Part shown: positions 29,731 to 39,041 of the stretch, in pieces | Layout: each line of letters begins with the position of its first letter | Position numbering within the stretch: position 1 is the stretch's first letter | Origin: Acidobacteriota bacterium | GTDB taxonomy: Bacteria; Acidobacteriota; UBA890; WLXD01 | Assembly (NCBI GenBank): GCA_965248695.1 | Contig: CBDFKD010000002.1 | Coordinates: forward strand, 3,776,001 to 3,840,000 | Reading direction: 5' to 3' | Length of the DNA stretch: 64,000 nucleotides | The notes under the pieces: generated by a model | Seen by the model: the letters and a program-made list of their open reading frames with translations, nothing else | Told to the model about the DNA's origin: nothing | Database searches by the model: none | Program-made: the position numbers and the translations under genes

Positions 29731-30429
29731 TCAGGAGGCGCGCCGCTCGGCTACGAGTCGCTTGGCGATCTCGACCGCGGTCGCGGCGTCGCGGCAGTAG
29801 GCGTCGGCACCGATTGCTTGTCCGAACTCCTCGTTGAGCGGTGCACCGCCCACCATGACGATGAACTGGTCGCGCAGGCCCTGCTCCTTGAGGGTGTCGA
29901 TGACGACCTTCATGTACGGCATCGTGGTGGTGAGCAGTGCAGACATGCCGAGGATGTCCGGACGGTGCTCCTTCAGCGCGCCGATGTAGGAGTCGGCGTC
30001 GGTATTGATGCCCAGATCGATAACCTCGAACCCGGCACCCTCCATCATCATGCCCACGAGGTTCTTGCCGATGTCGTGGATGTCGCCTTTCACCGTGCCG
30101 ATGACCATCTTGCCGACGGGCTGGGCGCCTGTTTTGGTGAGGATCGGCTGCAGGATGGCCATGCCGGCCTTCATAGCATTGGCTGCCATCAAGACCTCGG
30201 GCACGAAGAGAATTCCGTCACGGAAGTCCTCGCCGACGACGTTCATGGCGCTTACCAGCGCGTCGTCGAGCACCTTCTTCGCTTCCCACCCGCGGTCCAG
30301 CAGGATGGTGGTGCCCTCGTCGATCTCTTCCGCGAGCCCGTCGTAGAGATCGTCGTGCATCTGGTCGACAAGCTCGTCCGTTTCGAGCTCGCTCAGAACC
30401 AGGTCTTTGTCATCTTGTTCGGTCGACAT
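29731..30429 (-). CDS. Corrinoid (B12-binding) protein
   Basis: FVPEVL cap domain, GTVKGDIHDIGKN (DxHxxG), SALLTTT, GGAP motifs. Confidence 0.93.
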   Translation of the reverse strand: MSTEQDDKDLVLSELETDELVDQMHDDLYDGLAEEIDEGTTILLDRGWEAKKVLDDALVSAMNVVGEDFRDGILFVPEVLMAANAMKAGMAILQPILTKTGAQPVGKMVIGTVKGDIHDIGKNLVGMMMEGAGFEVIDLGINTDADSYIGALKEHRPDILGMSALLTTTMPYMKVVIDTLKEQGLRDQFIVMVGGAPLNEEFGQAIGADAYCRDAATAVEIAKRLVAERRAS

Positions 30430-30536
30430 CTCGGACTCCAAGGGACCGGGCACAATTTTCGGAGCGAATTCTAGCACCGCGACGCCAGGCGCGCGGCGCG
30501 TCTCCGTCGTCCCTTAGGTGGCCGGCAGACGCCGGT

Positions 30537-32102
30537 TCAGGTCCGGTCGCTGTCGCTGGGAAGCCCCCGATCGAGTCGCGCTGCTCGCGCTGCCTCGAGC
30601 AGCGCGTCCTCCGCCTCGCGGTACAGCGTCTCGGCGTCTTCGGCCGAGTCGCCGACGGCGGTCAAGCCAAAGCGGCCGCAATCCCCGAGGCACGCCAGCA
30701 TGTGCAGCACGACCCCGCGCTGCCGCGAGTGGTCGAAGTGGAGACGGTTCGCGACCATGGCGTCGAACAGGTCATCGATCTCGAGCACACGGTAATCTTC
30801 CGACTCCATATGGTCGCTGGCCACGAGACACTTGGGCTGACCGCCCCGAGTTCGAAAGACGTTGGTCTTCCAGTCGTACTCGCCATCGGTGAGGAACTGC
30901 AGCGTCAGGAACGGATGCGTGGTACCTCCCTTACGGAGGTTCACCTCGATGGCCCACGCGTGCCAATCGCCGTCCTGCTTGGCGGTGAGAAAGTCCACCG
31001 CGAAACGGCCGATGACGCCGGCCCGCGCCACCAGCGTGCCGATCTTCAGCGCCTCCTGGGAGATCATCGATGCGTAGGCGTCGTCGGCCGGGAACCGTGC
31101 GCCGAGGAAGCTCAGCCCGGTCGGGCCCCCGAGGAGCTGGTCGTGTGTCGAGAGCAGTTGCACCTCGCCGAGCGGTGTTATGCGGAGCTGCACGCTGGGG
31201 CTGAGAACCCCGTCGGCCACGATACGCTCCTCGACGATCCCGCCGATGCGGGCGAACTTCGCCAGATAGTCGTCGGCAGACAAGCCCACCATCTCGGTGG
31301 TCATCTCCATCACTCTTTGCTCGATTGCTGCCGGCTCGGGCGACGCTCCGGTGAGGTCGACCTGCGCGTTGCCCTCGCCGGATACCGAGGCGTCGAGCTT
31401 GACGATGGCCGCCGGGCACTGCGGCCGAGACTTCTTGAGCTCGACGATCCCGCTGACGATGTCGTCGAGCGATCCCAGGTCCTCGAAGCCGGCGGGACAG
31501 GGAACCCCCGCCTCCTTGAAGAGCCGTCGGCTACCGCTCTTGGATCCAAGATGCTCGTGGCGCGGATCGTTGCCGTACATCGGAATGCCGAGCCGCAATG
31601 CCAGGTCGCGCTCCGCCCACGTGGTGTTGAACGGCACCAGATGAGCGCGCCCCGGATCGGCCACCAGGCCCCGGATGCGTTCGATCAACCGCGGGCGCTG
31701 CAGAACCTTGTGCGTCAGCGGGATCGGATCGCCATCGCCGACGGCCAGCATGAACAAACGGGCCCGTGCGTGGCTCGGAACCAACCCGGGTAGCAGCGCA
31801 AGGTAGTAGTCGATGACCGATTCCGGCACCGGTTGACCGGTGACGTACACCATGCGCGCTCGCGGCTGTCGCAGCAGCAGCAAGAGGAACAGCAGGCGCT
31901 CCTCATAGGCCTGCATCTCGGACGGTCGTAGGGCGAAGTCGAGCGAGACGGACGGCACGACGACGATCGTCTGGTCTTCCTGATTCAGGTGTGAGATCGA
32001 TTTCCAGAGGGGCACCAACGCTTCCTGGAGGCGATCGAAGCGCTCCTGTAGCGCCTCTTCCGGCAGCTCCAGCCGCGGTACCGGCAACTCCGCATGCGCC
32101 AT
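30537..32102 (-). CDS. PGM1-related ATP-grasp peptide ligase
   Basis: YEERLLFLL, GSKSGSR, SGEGNA, SPSVQ, STHDQ, EVNLRKGGTTHP motifs. Confidence 0.82.
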   Translation of the reverse strand: MAHAELPVPRLELPEEALQERFDRLQEALVPLWKSISHLNQEDQTIVVVPSVSLDFALRPSEMQAYEERLLFLLLLLRQPRARMVYVTGQPVPESVIDYYLALLPGLVPSHARARLFMLAVGDGDPIPLTHKVLQRPRLIERIRGLVADPGRAHLVPFNTTWAERDLALRLGIPMYGNDPRHEHLGSKSGSRRLFKEAGVPCPAGFEDLGSLDDIVSGIVELKKSRPQCPAAIVKLDASVSGEGNAQVDLTGASPEPAAIEQRVMEMTTEMVGLSADDYLAKFARIGGIVEERIVADGVLSPSVQLRITPLGEVQLLSTHDQLLGGPTGLSFLGARFPADDAYASMISQEALKIGTLVARAGVIGRFAVDFLTAKQDGDWHAWAIEVNLRKGGTTHPFLTLQFLTDGEYDWKTNVFRTRGGQPKCLVASDHMESEDYRVLEIDDLFDAMVANRLHFDHSRQRGVVLHMLACLGDCGRFGLTAVGDSAEDAETLYREAEDALLEAARAARLDRGLPSDSDRT

Positions 32103-32115
32103 GGGTCTGAACCTG

Positions 32116-32508
32116 CTATTGCGCGCTCAGCTTCAGCAACTCATCGAGCAGAAACAAGTCGGTGAGCAGAGCGCGCAAGTGGATCGACGCGTTGAGGTTG
32201 TCGACCAGTTGCGAGCTGATCGACGGCTGCGACAACACCAGCTGGATTGCGGCCCGCCCGCTCCGCGCGTCACGTTCGAGCACTGCCATGAAATCGGCAT
32301 AGGCCGCGATTGCGTCGTCGTCACCGGCCGCATAGGTCGCGGCAGTCGCTGGTAGCTCGGTGAGCGCGGTAACAGACCGTTGCAGGAACTCGCGCAGCTG
32401 CCCCCCTGACTTGCTCCCCGCATCGCCCTCGAGCCCCTGTGCGGCGTAGGCGAGCATGAACTCGTAGCTTTCTTCGAGCGTGTCGATGTGTCGCTGCAGA
32501 TCGTTCAT
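32116..32508 (-). CDS. Hypothetical helical protein
   Basis: EESYEFMLAYAAQG and SSQLVDNLNASIHLRALLTDLFL read as coding; co-oriented downstream of the molybdoenzyme operon. Confidence 0.7.
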   Translation of the reverse strand: MNDLQRHIDTLEESYEFMLAYAAQGLEGDAGSKSGGQLREFLQRSVTALTELPATAATYAAGDDDAIAAYADFMAVLERDARSGRAAIQLVLSQPSISSQLVDNLNASIHLRALLTDLFLLDELLKLSAQ

Positions 32509-32613
32509 TGGTCGAGCTCGACGCTGGTGTTCAGGCGATGCGGCGACAGACGGCACCGGTACGCAGAACGAGCCTGTCGAAGTGGCACGTCGGTGCCCGG
32601 CCCGCGGGCAGGG

Positions 32614-33471
32614 TCACGCAGCGTCGGAATCGCTGCCGGAGTCTGCACCGGCTACGCTCCAGCGCGCCGGATCGTGATGCTCGAGGTACTCATCGCGATG
32701 GATCCACCCGAAGATCATCGACTTCGTGATCCAGCGTTTCTCGGGCAACACGGCAAAATAAACATGGGTGATGACCAGCGTTACCAGACCGATCGCCCCG
32801 AGCCCGTGCAGCACGTACACCCAGCCCCACGTCTGATCGGTGAACAGGTACGGGTTGCGGGCCCAGAACGGTGTTTCCACCCGCACCATCATCGCCACTC
32901 CGGTGCCGATCGCCATGATCGATGTGACCACCACGGCGTGGTGGTAGAGGCGGTTGGGTAACGGGTACTTCGGATCCTTGCCCGGCTGCTGCGTCGGACG
33001 TCCCATCGCCCGGCGGAGGCGCCGCCGCATGTCCTCCAGGTCCGTGCTCTCGAACCAGACCGATCGCCAGTTGCCGCGCATGGTCGCGTGCACGATATGG
33101 AAGAGCACGCAGCCGATCAGAACGAGGCCGGCGATCCAGTGGATCGTCACCCAGGCGAACTGGATACCGACCACCGGGGCGAAACCGGTGATCAGCAGAA
33201 CGAACATCGAGATCGCCATCAACCAGTGGAAGCTCCGCGATACCGAGGAATGGCGCGCCACCTGTTCCGGCACTCCGGCCGGCGCGCTGGCCCCTTGGTC
33301 TCCCGCCGCCGCTGCCGAGGCGGCGATCTTGGGAACCAGTGTTCGGCGGAAGATCAGGTGTGCGACGACGAATAGCACGCCGGCGACGAGCGCGATCCAG
33401 AACAGATTCCAGGAGATACGAACGAGAATCTCCTGACCCCACGGATTCTGGTCCCACTGGAGGAAATCCAT
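32614..33471 (-). CDS. Cytochrome b (FdnI/formate dehydrogenase gamma-like) membrane subunit
   Basis: RH...R.FHW, HWIAG, KY....LYH, LHGL, HVY His-bearing TM helices; W...SMIFG. Confidence 0.82.
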   Translation of the reverse strand: MDFLQWDQNPWGQEILVRISWNLFWIALVAGVLFVVAHLIFRRTLVPKIAASAAAAGDQGASAPAGVPEQVARHSSVSRSFHWLMAISMFVLLITGFAPVVGIQFAWVTIHWIAGLVLIGCVLFHIVHATMRGNWRSVWFESTDLEDMRRRLRRAMGRPTQQPGKDPKYPLPNRLYHHAVVVTSIMAIGTGVAMMVRVETPFWARNPYLFTDQTWGWVYVLHGLGAIGLVTLVITHVYFAVLPEKRWITKSMIFGWIHRDEYLEHHDPARWSVAGADSGSDSDAA

Positions 33472-33483
33472 CGGCGCGCGCCC

Positions 33484-34485
33484 TCAGGCCTGCGCGTCGC
33501 GGATGGCGCGCTTCACGAGGTTCTTCATCAACGGGATCTTGTAGCGGTTGTGCACCAGCGGACGAGCCCCCTGGACGGCAACCTCGCCTGCGGCTTCGGC
33601 GAGCTCTTCGCTGGCACGCTCGCCGCGGATCTGCTGCTCGACGCTGGTCAGCCGCATGGGCACGCACGACACCGCGTTGACGACAATGCGCGCGCGCTGG
33701 ATGACGCCGCCACTGACCTCCATCGCGGAAGCGATGTTCACCAGCGGGAAGTCCCACGCCTGCCGATCACGCGCCTTCTCGAAATAGAAGCGCGTGCCCG
33801 CCCAGGCCGCCGGGATGCGGATGCTGGTGAGCAGATCGTTGGGCTCGAGGATCGTCATCCGCTCGATGTCGCTGCCGGGACCGATGAAGAAGTCCTCGGC
33901 GTCGACGACGCGTTCGCCGCTCGCGTTGTTGATGACCATCTTGGCATCGAGCGCCACTAGCGCCGGCGCCGTGTCGGACGGGTTGACGGCGACGCATCGA
34001 TCCGCCCCGAACAACGCGTGCTCGCGGTTGATCGACGTCGGCGTGTCGGCGTAGCAGATGTTGCCGCCGGCGCGGTAACAGGGCCAGCCGCCGCGGTAGT
34101 ACCAGCACCGAGCATCCTGCGCCACGTTGCCGCCGAGGGTTCCCTGGTTGCGAATCTGCGGCGTCGCAACCACCTCGGCCGCCGTTGCCAGCAGCTCGAA
34201 ACCCGAGTTGACCAGATCGTCTCGAATGACGTCGGTGAGAGTCGTCATCGCGCCGATCTCGATTCCGTCGTCGGCCACGCGCACGCCGCGAAGCTCGCTG
34301 ACCGATCCGAGGTCCACCACTACGCTCGGGCGCCGAATGCGTTCCTTGAGCCACTCGAAACTGTCGAGGCCTCCGCCAATGGTCCAGGCGTTGGACCCAT
34401 AACGATCCAGTAGCGCGACCGCGTCGCCCACGGAACCCGGCTGAAAGAGGTCGAAAGTCGGCATCATGTCGCGAATAGTCGCCAT
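33484..34485 (-). CDS. Xanthine dehydrogenase family FAD-binding subunit (PaoB/YagS-like)
   Basis: ATPQIRNQGTLGGN; RCWYYR..C......C...C 4Fe-4S insert; PSDTAPAL; R.AWDF. Confidence 0.92.
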   Translation of the reverse strand: MATIRDMMPTFDLFQPGSVGDAVALLDRYGSNAWTIGGGLDSFEWLKERIRRPSVVVDLGSVSELRGVRVADDGIEIGAMTTLTDVIRDDLVNSGFELLATAAEVVATPQIRNQGTLGGNVAQDARCWYYRGGWPCYRAGGNICYADTPTSINREHALFGADRCVAVNPSDTAPALVALDAKMVINNASGERVVDAEDFFIGPGSDIERMTILEPNDLLTSIRIPAAWAGTRFYFEKARDRQAWDFPLVNIASAMEVSGGVIQRARIVVNAVSCVPMRLTSVEQQIRGERASEELAEAAGEVAVQGARPLVHNRYKIPLMKNLVKRAIRDAQA

Positions 34486-34501
34486 CGTCTCTTCCTCCTT
34501 C

Positions 34502-36919
34502 CTACAGGTGGGCCGTGGGGCGTCGGAACGGTGCGGCGGGAATGCTCTCGAGCTCTGCCATGATCATCTCGGTCGTAATCGGCGTTCGGTTGAAGGCGGC
34601 CGCACCGAGTGCGTCCTGGATAGCGCAGGCGACAGCGCCAGCGCCGGCACCTACCGGCGGCTCTCCGATCCCCTTGACGCCCACTGGGGTCTGGGGATCA
34701 GGCTGATCGACAGCCCCCCATTGGACGTCGAGCGGGATGTCCAACATCGTCGGCGGCTTCGCCATGTGGAAGCCCTTCGTAAACGGCACGCCCCACTGCG
34801 GGTCGTACACCCATTTCTGGCTCACGGCGACGCCGAATCCCTGGATGCTCCCACCGTAGATCTGTGACCCCAGGCTGCGCGGATGCAGGATGGTTCCGCA
34901 GTCGGTCGTACCGACGTACTCGACGATGTCCATCTGCCCGGTCTCGACGTCGATCTCGACGCGCGCGAAGCCGATGACCCAAGAGAACGTCGAGCCCTCG
35001 CGACCGAAGTCGTCCTTGGCCACTCCCATGAGGCCTTGTCCCGCGAGCCCCGCGGCCGCTACGGCGGTCGCGGCGTTGATATCCTCCGGCGTCTCGTGGC
35101 CGTCGTACGTCCCCCCGAGCGCCACTGCGCGGCGTGCCGCCGCCGCGAAGCTCATCGAGCGAGAACGGTTCGAACGGCTGGTTACCCGACCTCCGCCGAC
35201 GTCGTAGTCGCTTGCCGAACCGCCGAGGTCGCGTGCCGCGATCTCCTGCAGCTTGCGCTTGGCATCCAGGCCGGCTGCGTAGTTGGCACGCGTGTGGGCG
35301 TGGGCGGTCTGACTCCCGGCCTGTACGGCGCTGTATGGCAAATGACGCGCCGAGCTCCCCCAGACGATCTCGACCTGCTCCCAGGGCATGTCGAGGACTT
35401 CCGCCGCGGCTCGGGCCGTATCGGCGACCGAATGCGTGCCGAGGTTGCCGATGCCCTGATGGACGCGCAGCTTGCCGTCTTCCTTCAGGACGACCAAGCC
35501 GTCGTAGCCGATGCTGCCGCCAACGAACGGGCTCACCGCTACGCCGACGCCGGTCACCTTGGTGCCGTCGCGCTGGCCGCTCATCTGGCTCTTGGATTCC
35601 CAATCGAAGAGCTCGGCGCCCATATCGATCGCCTCGCGAACGAAGGCGCTGGTCAGCGTCGCCTGGCCCGGTCCGAACCGGCTGTCCTTGTCGGCGGCGT
35701 TGATTCGCCGCATCTCGACGCGATCGACGTCGAGTTGTCGCGCCGCCCGATCCATCAACGGCTCGAGCATGGCCACTACCTGTACGCCGCCCGGCCCGCG
35801 CTGGGCGGATCGCGGCGGCGTGTTGGTGAGCACCGTGACACCGCGGAAGCGCATCGTCAGGGGCGTATACGCCAGCGAGCCGATGGTGCCGGCGGTGAAC
35901 ATGTCACCCTGGCGTCCGTACGGCCCGTTGTCCTGCACGATGAACAGATCGAGAGCGGTCAGACGGCCATCGGCGCGCCAACCCATCTTCACTTGTGCCT
36001 GAAAACCGCAGCGGGCCCGACCGATGTAGTTCTCCTCGGCACGGGTGACGCGGTACATGACCGGCTTGCCGGTCTTGCGTGCCAGCAGCGCCGGGATCGG
36101 CATGTTGACGGTGCCGGCGATCTTGCTGCCGAAGCCGCCACCGCAGTACTCGGCAATGAATACGACGTCGGCTTCGTCGATGCCTACGCCGCGCGCCACG
36201 GAACCAGCGGTGCGCTGGGTGCTCTGCGTCGACCCATGCAAGTACAGCTTGCCGTTCTGCCAGTACGCCATGCAGCTGCGGGGCTCGAGCGGATGGTGCG
36301 TCAGTGACTGATGCACGATGGTCTCGTCGAGCACGAAGTCGGCTTCCGCGAAGCCCTCTTCGAGGTCGCCCACCTCCCACTCGGCGTTCACCTCGCCAAT
36401 GGGGAGCCCGTCGCCGGCGTTGTCGAACGCCTCGGCGGGCCACTTGATCGACTGCAGGTTCGTCTCACCTTCCTCGCGCACGAAGCTATTGCCGCCCACC
36501 CGGGCGTCCGGCCCGTCGGGACGCAGGCTGTCGAGCGGGTCCACCACGAACGGCAATGGCTCGAAATCGATCTCGATGCGCTCAATGGCCTCTGCAGCCG
36601 TGGTTTCGTCGACCGCGGCGACCGCCAGGATCGCCTCGCCCTCGTACAGCGGCTCCATCGTGAGCGCGCGCTCGGCGTATGGGTTGTCGTTCGGCGGCAG
36701 ATCTTCGGCGGTGATCACGCCTTCGACGCCGGGCATTCGCAGCGCGGCGCTGGCGTCGATGCGGGTGACGCGTGCGTGTGGCATCGGGCTCGACAGGACC
36801 TTGGCGAACAGCATGCCTTCGGCACGGAAGTCCTCGGCGTACTTCGCCTTGCCGGTGATCTTCGCCACCAGGTCGGGCGGCACGATGTCCTCGCCGATGA
36901 GCTTCCAGGGCCCGGCCAT
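34502..36919 (-). CDS. Xanthine dehydrogenase family molybdopterin-binding subunit
   Basis: KITGKAKYA, SPMPHARV, GGGFGSK, QRGPG, AGSQT, KGIGEPP (catalytic Glu). Confidence 0.93.
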   Translation of the reverse strand: MAGPWKLIGEDIVPPDLVAKITGKAKYAEDFRAEGMLFAKVLSSPMPHARVTRIDASAALRMPGVEGVITAEDLPPNDNPYAERALTMEPLYEGEAILAVAAVDETTAAEAIERIEIDFEPLPFVVDPLDSLRPDGPDARVGGNSFVREEGETNLQSIKWPAEAFDNAGDGLPIGEVNAEWEVGDLEEGFAEADFVLDETIVHQSLTHHPLEPRSCMAYWQNGKLYLHGSTQSTQRTAGSVARGVGIDEADVVFIAEYCGGGFGSKIAGTVNMPIPALLARKTGKPVMYRVTRAEENYIGRARCGFQAQVKMGWRADGRLTALDLFIVQDNGPYGRQGDMFTAGTIGSLAYTPLTMRFRGVTVLTNTPPRSAQRGPGGVQVVAMLEPLMDRAARQLDVDRVEMRRINAADKDSRFGPGQATLTSAFVREAIDMGAELFDWESKSQMSGQRDGTKVTGVGVAVSPFVGGSIGYDGLVVLKEDGKLRVHQGIGNLGTHSVADTARAAAEVLDMPWEQVEIVWGSSARHLPYSAVQAGSQTAHAHTRANYAAGLDAKRKLQEIAARDLGGSASDYDVGGGRVTSRSNRSRSMSFAAAARRAVALGGTYDGHETPEDINAATAVAAAGLAGQGLMGVAKDDFGREGSTFSWVIGFARVEIDVETGQMDIVEYVGTTDCGTILHPRSLGSQIYGGSIQGFGVAVSQKWVYDPQWGVPFTKGFHMAKPPTMLDIPLDVQWGAVDQPDPQTPVGVKGIGEPPVGAGAGAVACAIQDALGAAAFNRTPITTEMIMAELESIPAAPFRRPTAHL

Positions 36920-37566
36920 CAGTCTGCCTCCGCCGGCACGCCTTCACGGGTGTAGCGAGCGGCTTCCATGGCGCAGTCGAGGATCTTGTGATAATCGCAA
37001 CACCGACAGAGGTTGCCGGACAGCGCGTGCGCGGCCTCCTCGCGTGTCGGATCGGGATTGTCGGCCACCATCGCCGTCATGCTCATGATGAACCCCGGGG
37101 CGCAGAAGGCGCACTGGAAGCCGCCGCCGTCGACCACCGCTTGCTGCACCGGGTGCAGCTCGCCGGTGGGGCTGGCGAGACCCTCGATCGACGTCACCTC
37201 ACGTCCTCGGACACTGTGCGTCAGCACCGAGCAGGAGTAATGGTTGACGCCATTGATCAACAGGGTGCAGGCGCCGCATTCGGCGCGGTCGCAGCCCAGC
37301 TTGGTGCCCGTGAGCCCGAGCTTGTAGCGCAGGGTCATGGCGAGCGTTTCTTGCGGCAGAATGTCCACCCGGCGTTGCTGGCCGTTGATGTTCAACGTGA
37401 CGAGGCGCTCCACAGCGCCGGCCGCGCTTTGTGCCGTCGCAGTTCCCGCACCGCGGAAGAGATACGCTGCGGATGACACGGCGGCGCCGCTGGCGATCAC
37501 TCCCTTGATGAAGTTCCTCCGGGAAACGGCTGGATCGACGTCGGTGATGATCTCCACCTCAGACAT
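36919..37566 (-). CDS. (2Fe-2S) subunit with Tat signal (PaoA/YagT-like)
   Basis: SRRNFIK twin-arginine leader; GTKLGCDRAECGACT, QCAFC, GNLCRC. Confidence 0.92.
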   Translation of the reverse strand: MSEVEIITDVDPAVSRRNFIKGVIASGAAVSSAAYLFRGAGTATAQSAAGAVERLVTLNINGQQRRVDILPQETLAMTLRYKLGLTGTKLGCDRAECGACTLLINGVNHYSCSVLTHSVRGREVTSIEGLASPTGELHPVQQAVVDGGGFQCAFCAPGFIMSMTAMVADNPDPTREEAAHALSGNLCRCCDYHKILDCAMEAARYTREGVPAEAD

Positions 37567-37778
37567 AGAAAGTCACCTCTTGGCAGCCAAACGCGTCCGC
37601 ATCACCGACGCGACGAGCCGTCGCGCAACGGCGGGTTCGCATGTGGTTGGTTCGCAGCCGTATCTTCATGGTGTCGGCCCGTATGATCTAACAGGATCAA
37701 GGACGAAACGCCAGAGGACCGTAGCAGATTTCGACGGTAAGGCGGGTCCCCGGAGTCCCTCAAAGACTCATTAAAGAC

Positions 37779-38306
37779 TCATTCCTCGGGCGCCAGCGAC
37801 ACGCTTTCCAGGTACGCCCGGTAGTCTTCGGCCCGTTCCGGCGTCAAGTTGGCGCTGCGATCGTTGAAGCTGAGCACGAGCACTTCCTGGCCCATGCCGA
37901 CGATGAGCCGCACCGCGCGCAGGTCGCCCAGCAGGCTGGTCCAGGACACATCGGCGAACAGCGCTGGGCGTCCCGAGACGCGCAACTCCTCTACTGCGTT
38001 GACCGTGGGCGCTGACAGCAGTGCCGTCCAGGCGTCGAACACCGCCTGCGGCCCGGCTCCGTCATGGTTCTCACGCGTCATGCTGAAGCCCGGGTACAAC
38101 CCCGAGCCTTGTACGTAGGAGGCAAGGACAGCTTCGCCGGAGAAGCCACCCTCCTGCCACTCGGCTGGAATGTGCATCGTCAGCCCGACGGCTGGAATGC
38201 GCAGCTGCTGACCTTCGCCCTCCTGCGCCATAGCGGCCGAGGCGGTGGAAAGAACGATCAGCAGCGCCGCTGGCGCCAAGAATCGGGCGGGAAGTTTCTG
38301 GGTCAT
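37779..38306 (-). CDS. Hypothetical exported protein
   Basis: Signal peptide ending AMA-Q; GAGG RBS. Confidence 0.6.
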   Translation of the reverse strand: MTQKLPARFLAPAALLIVLSTASAAMAQEGEGQQLRIPAVGLTMHIPAEWQEGGFSGEAVLASYVQGSGLYPGFSMTRENHDGAGPQAVFDAWTALLSAPTVNAVEELRVSGRPALFADVSWTSLLGDLRAVRLIVGMGQEVLVLSFNDRSANLTPERAEDYRAYLESVSLAPEE

Positions 38307-38344
38307 CGTGGGACCTCGGGTGCAGGAAGGCCGGGGCGTGGAGG

Positions 38345-38730
38345 CTAACGATGGACGATCTTCCGGAAGCGCCACAACAGCAACCCCAGCGCCAGCGAGT
38401 TGATCACCAATCCGATCATCAGAGGCAGCGCGTACGGTCGGCCCTCGGCGGCCAACCAGACGATCTTCATCGGCCAGTAGGTTGGCCAGAACCCCATCAG
38501 ATACTGCCTGGGCTCGGGGACGAAGTAGGCCACCAGCGGCAGGATCTGCACCGCGTTGAGCACCTTCATGGTGGCGAAACCGGTGACCTTGTTGTCGGCG
38601 AACACGGCCAGCGCCAGCGCCATGAACGGGGCTCCGAACGCACCGACAAACGCTGCCGCGGCGAGGTCAGGCAGAGCCAGCGGTGCGAGACCGGCGATCG
38701 GGTAGGTGATCAGCGTCATCACCGGGATCG
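38345..38730 (-). pseudogene. 3' fragment of ABC-2 permease (fluoroquinolone exporter Rv2686c-like)
   Basis: A.NKV.GFA..K and PTYWPMK motifs; 5' part missing, abuts the integrase remnant. Confidence 0.7.
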
Positions 38731-38736
38731 CTTGCT

Positions 38737-38904
38737 CTACTTGGGATTTTCTGAATGTGGTACCGATTTTGTACCATTTCGGGCTTCATCGCTATGCAAA
38801 ACAGCTCCCCATTGCGCCGACGATTCCCGGATCAGGCGGTCGTCATCGTGCACGTACAGCATCGTCGTCTTGATGTCCGAGTGGGTGGCGACCAGCGTCG
38901 CTGT
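38737..38904 (-). pseudogene. C-terminal remnant of tyrosine recombinase/integrase
   Basis: Hand translation: TATLVATHSDIKTTMLYVH...NGTKSVPHSENPK*, matching the box II H-x-x-I-x-T-T-x-x-Y-x-H motif; not in the ORF track. Confidence 0.7.
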
Positions 38905-39041
38905 CTAGCAGGTAACGGTAGCGCCGAAATTCAAACTGAGACACTACCGGGCGGTTCGGCGGGTTGATCGCGACGCCGCGACATGCTATGCAGCATGCTG
39001 CGATGCGGTAGCGTTAGGCACCCTCTCGGATCATCTCGCCA

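Noticed and set aside
30430-30536. Cobalamin riboswitch upstream of the corrinoid gene
   Set aside because: The gap is only about 107 nt and no B12-box is recognisable.
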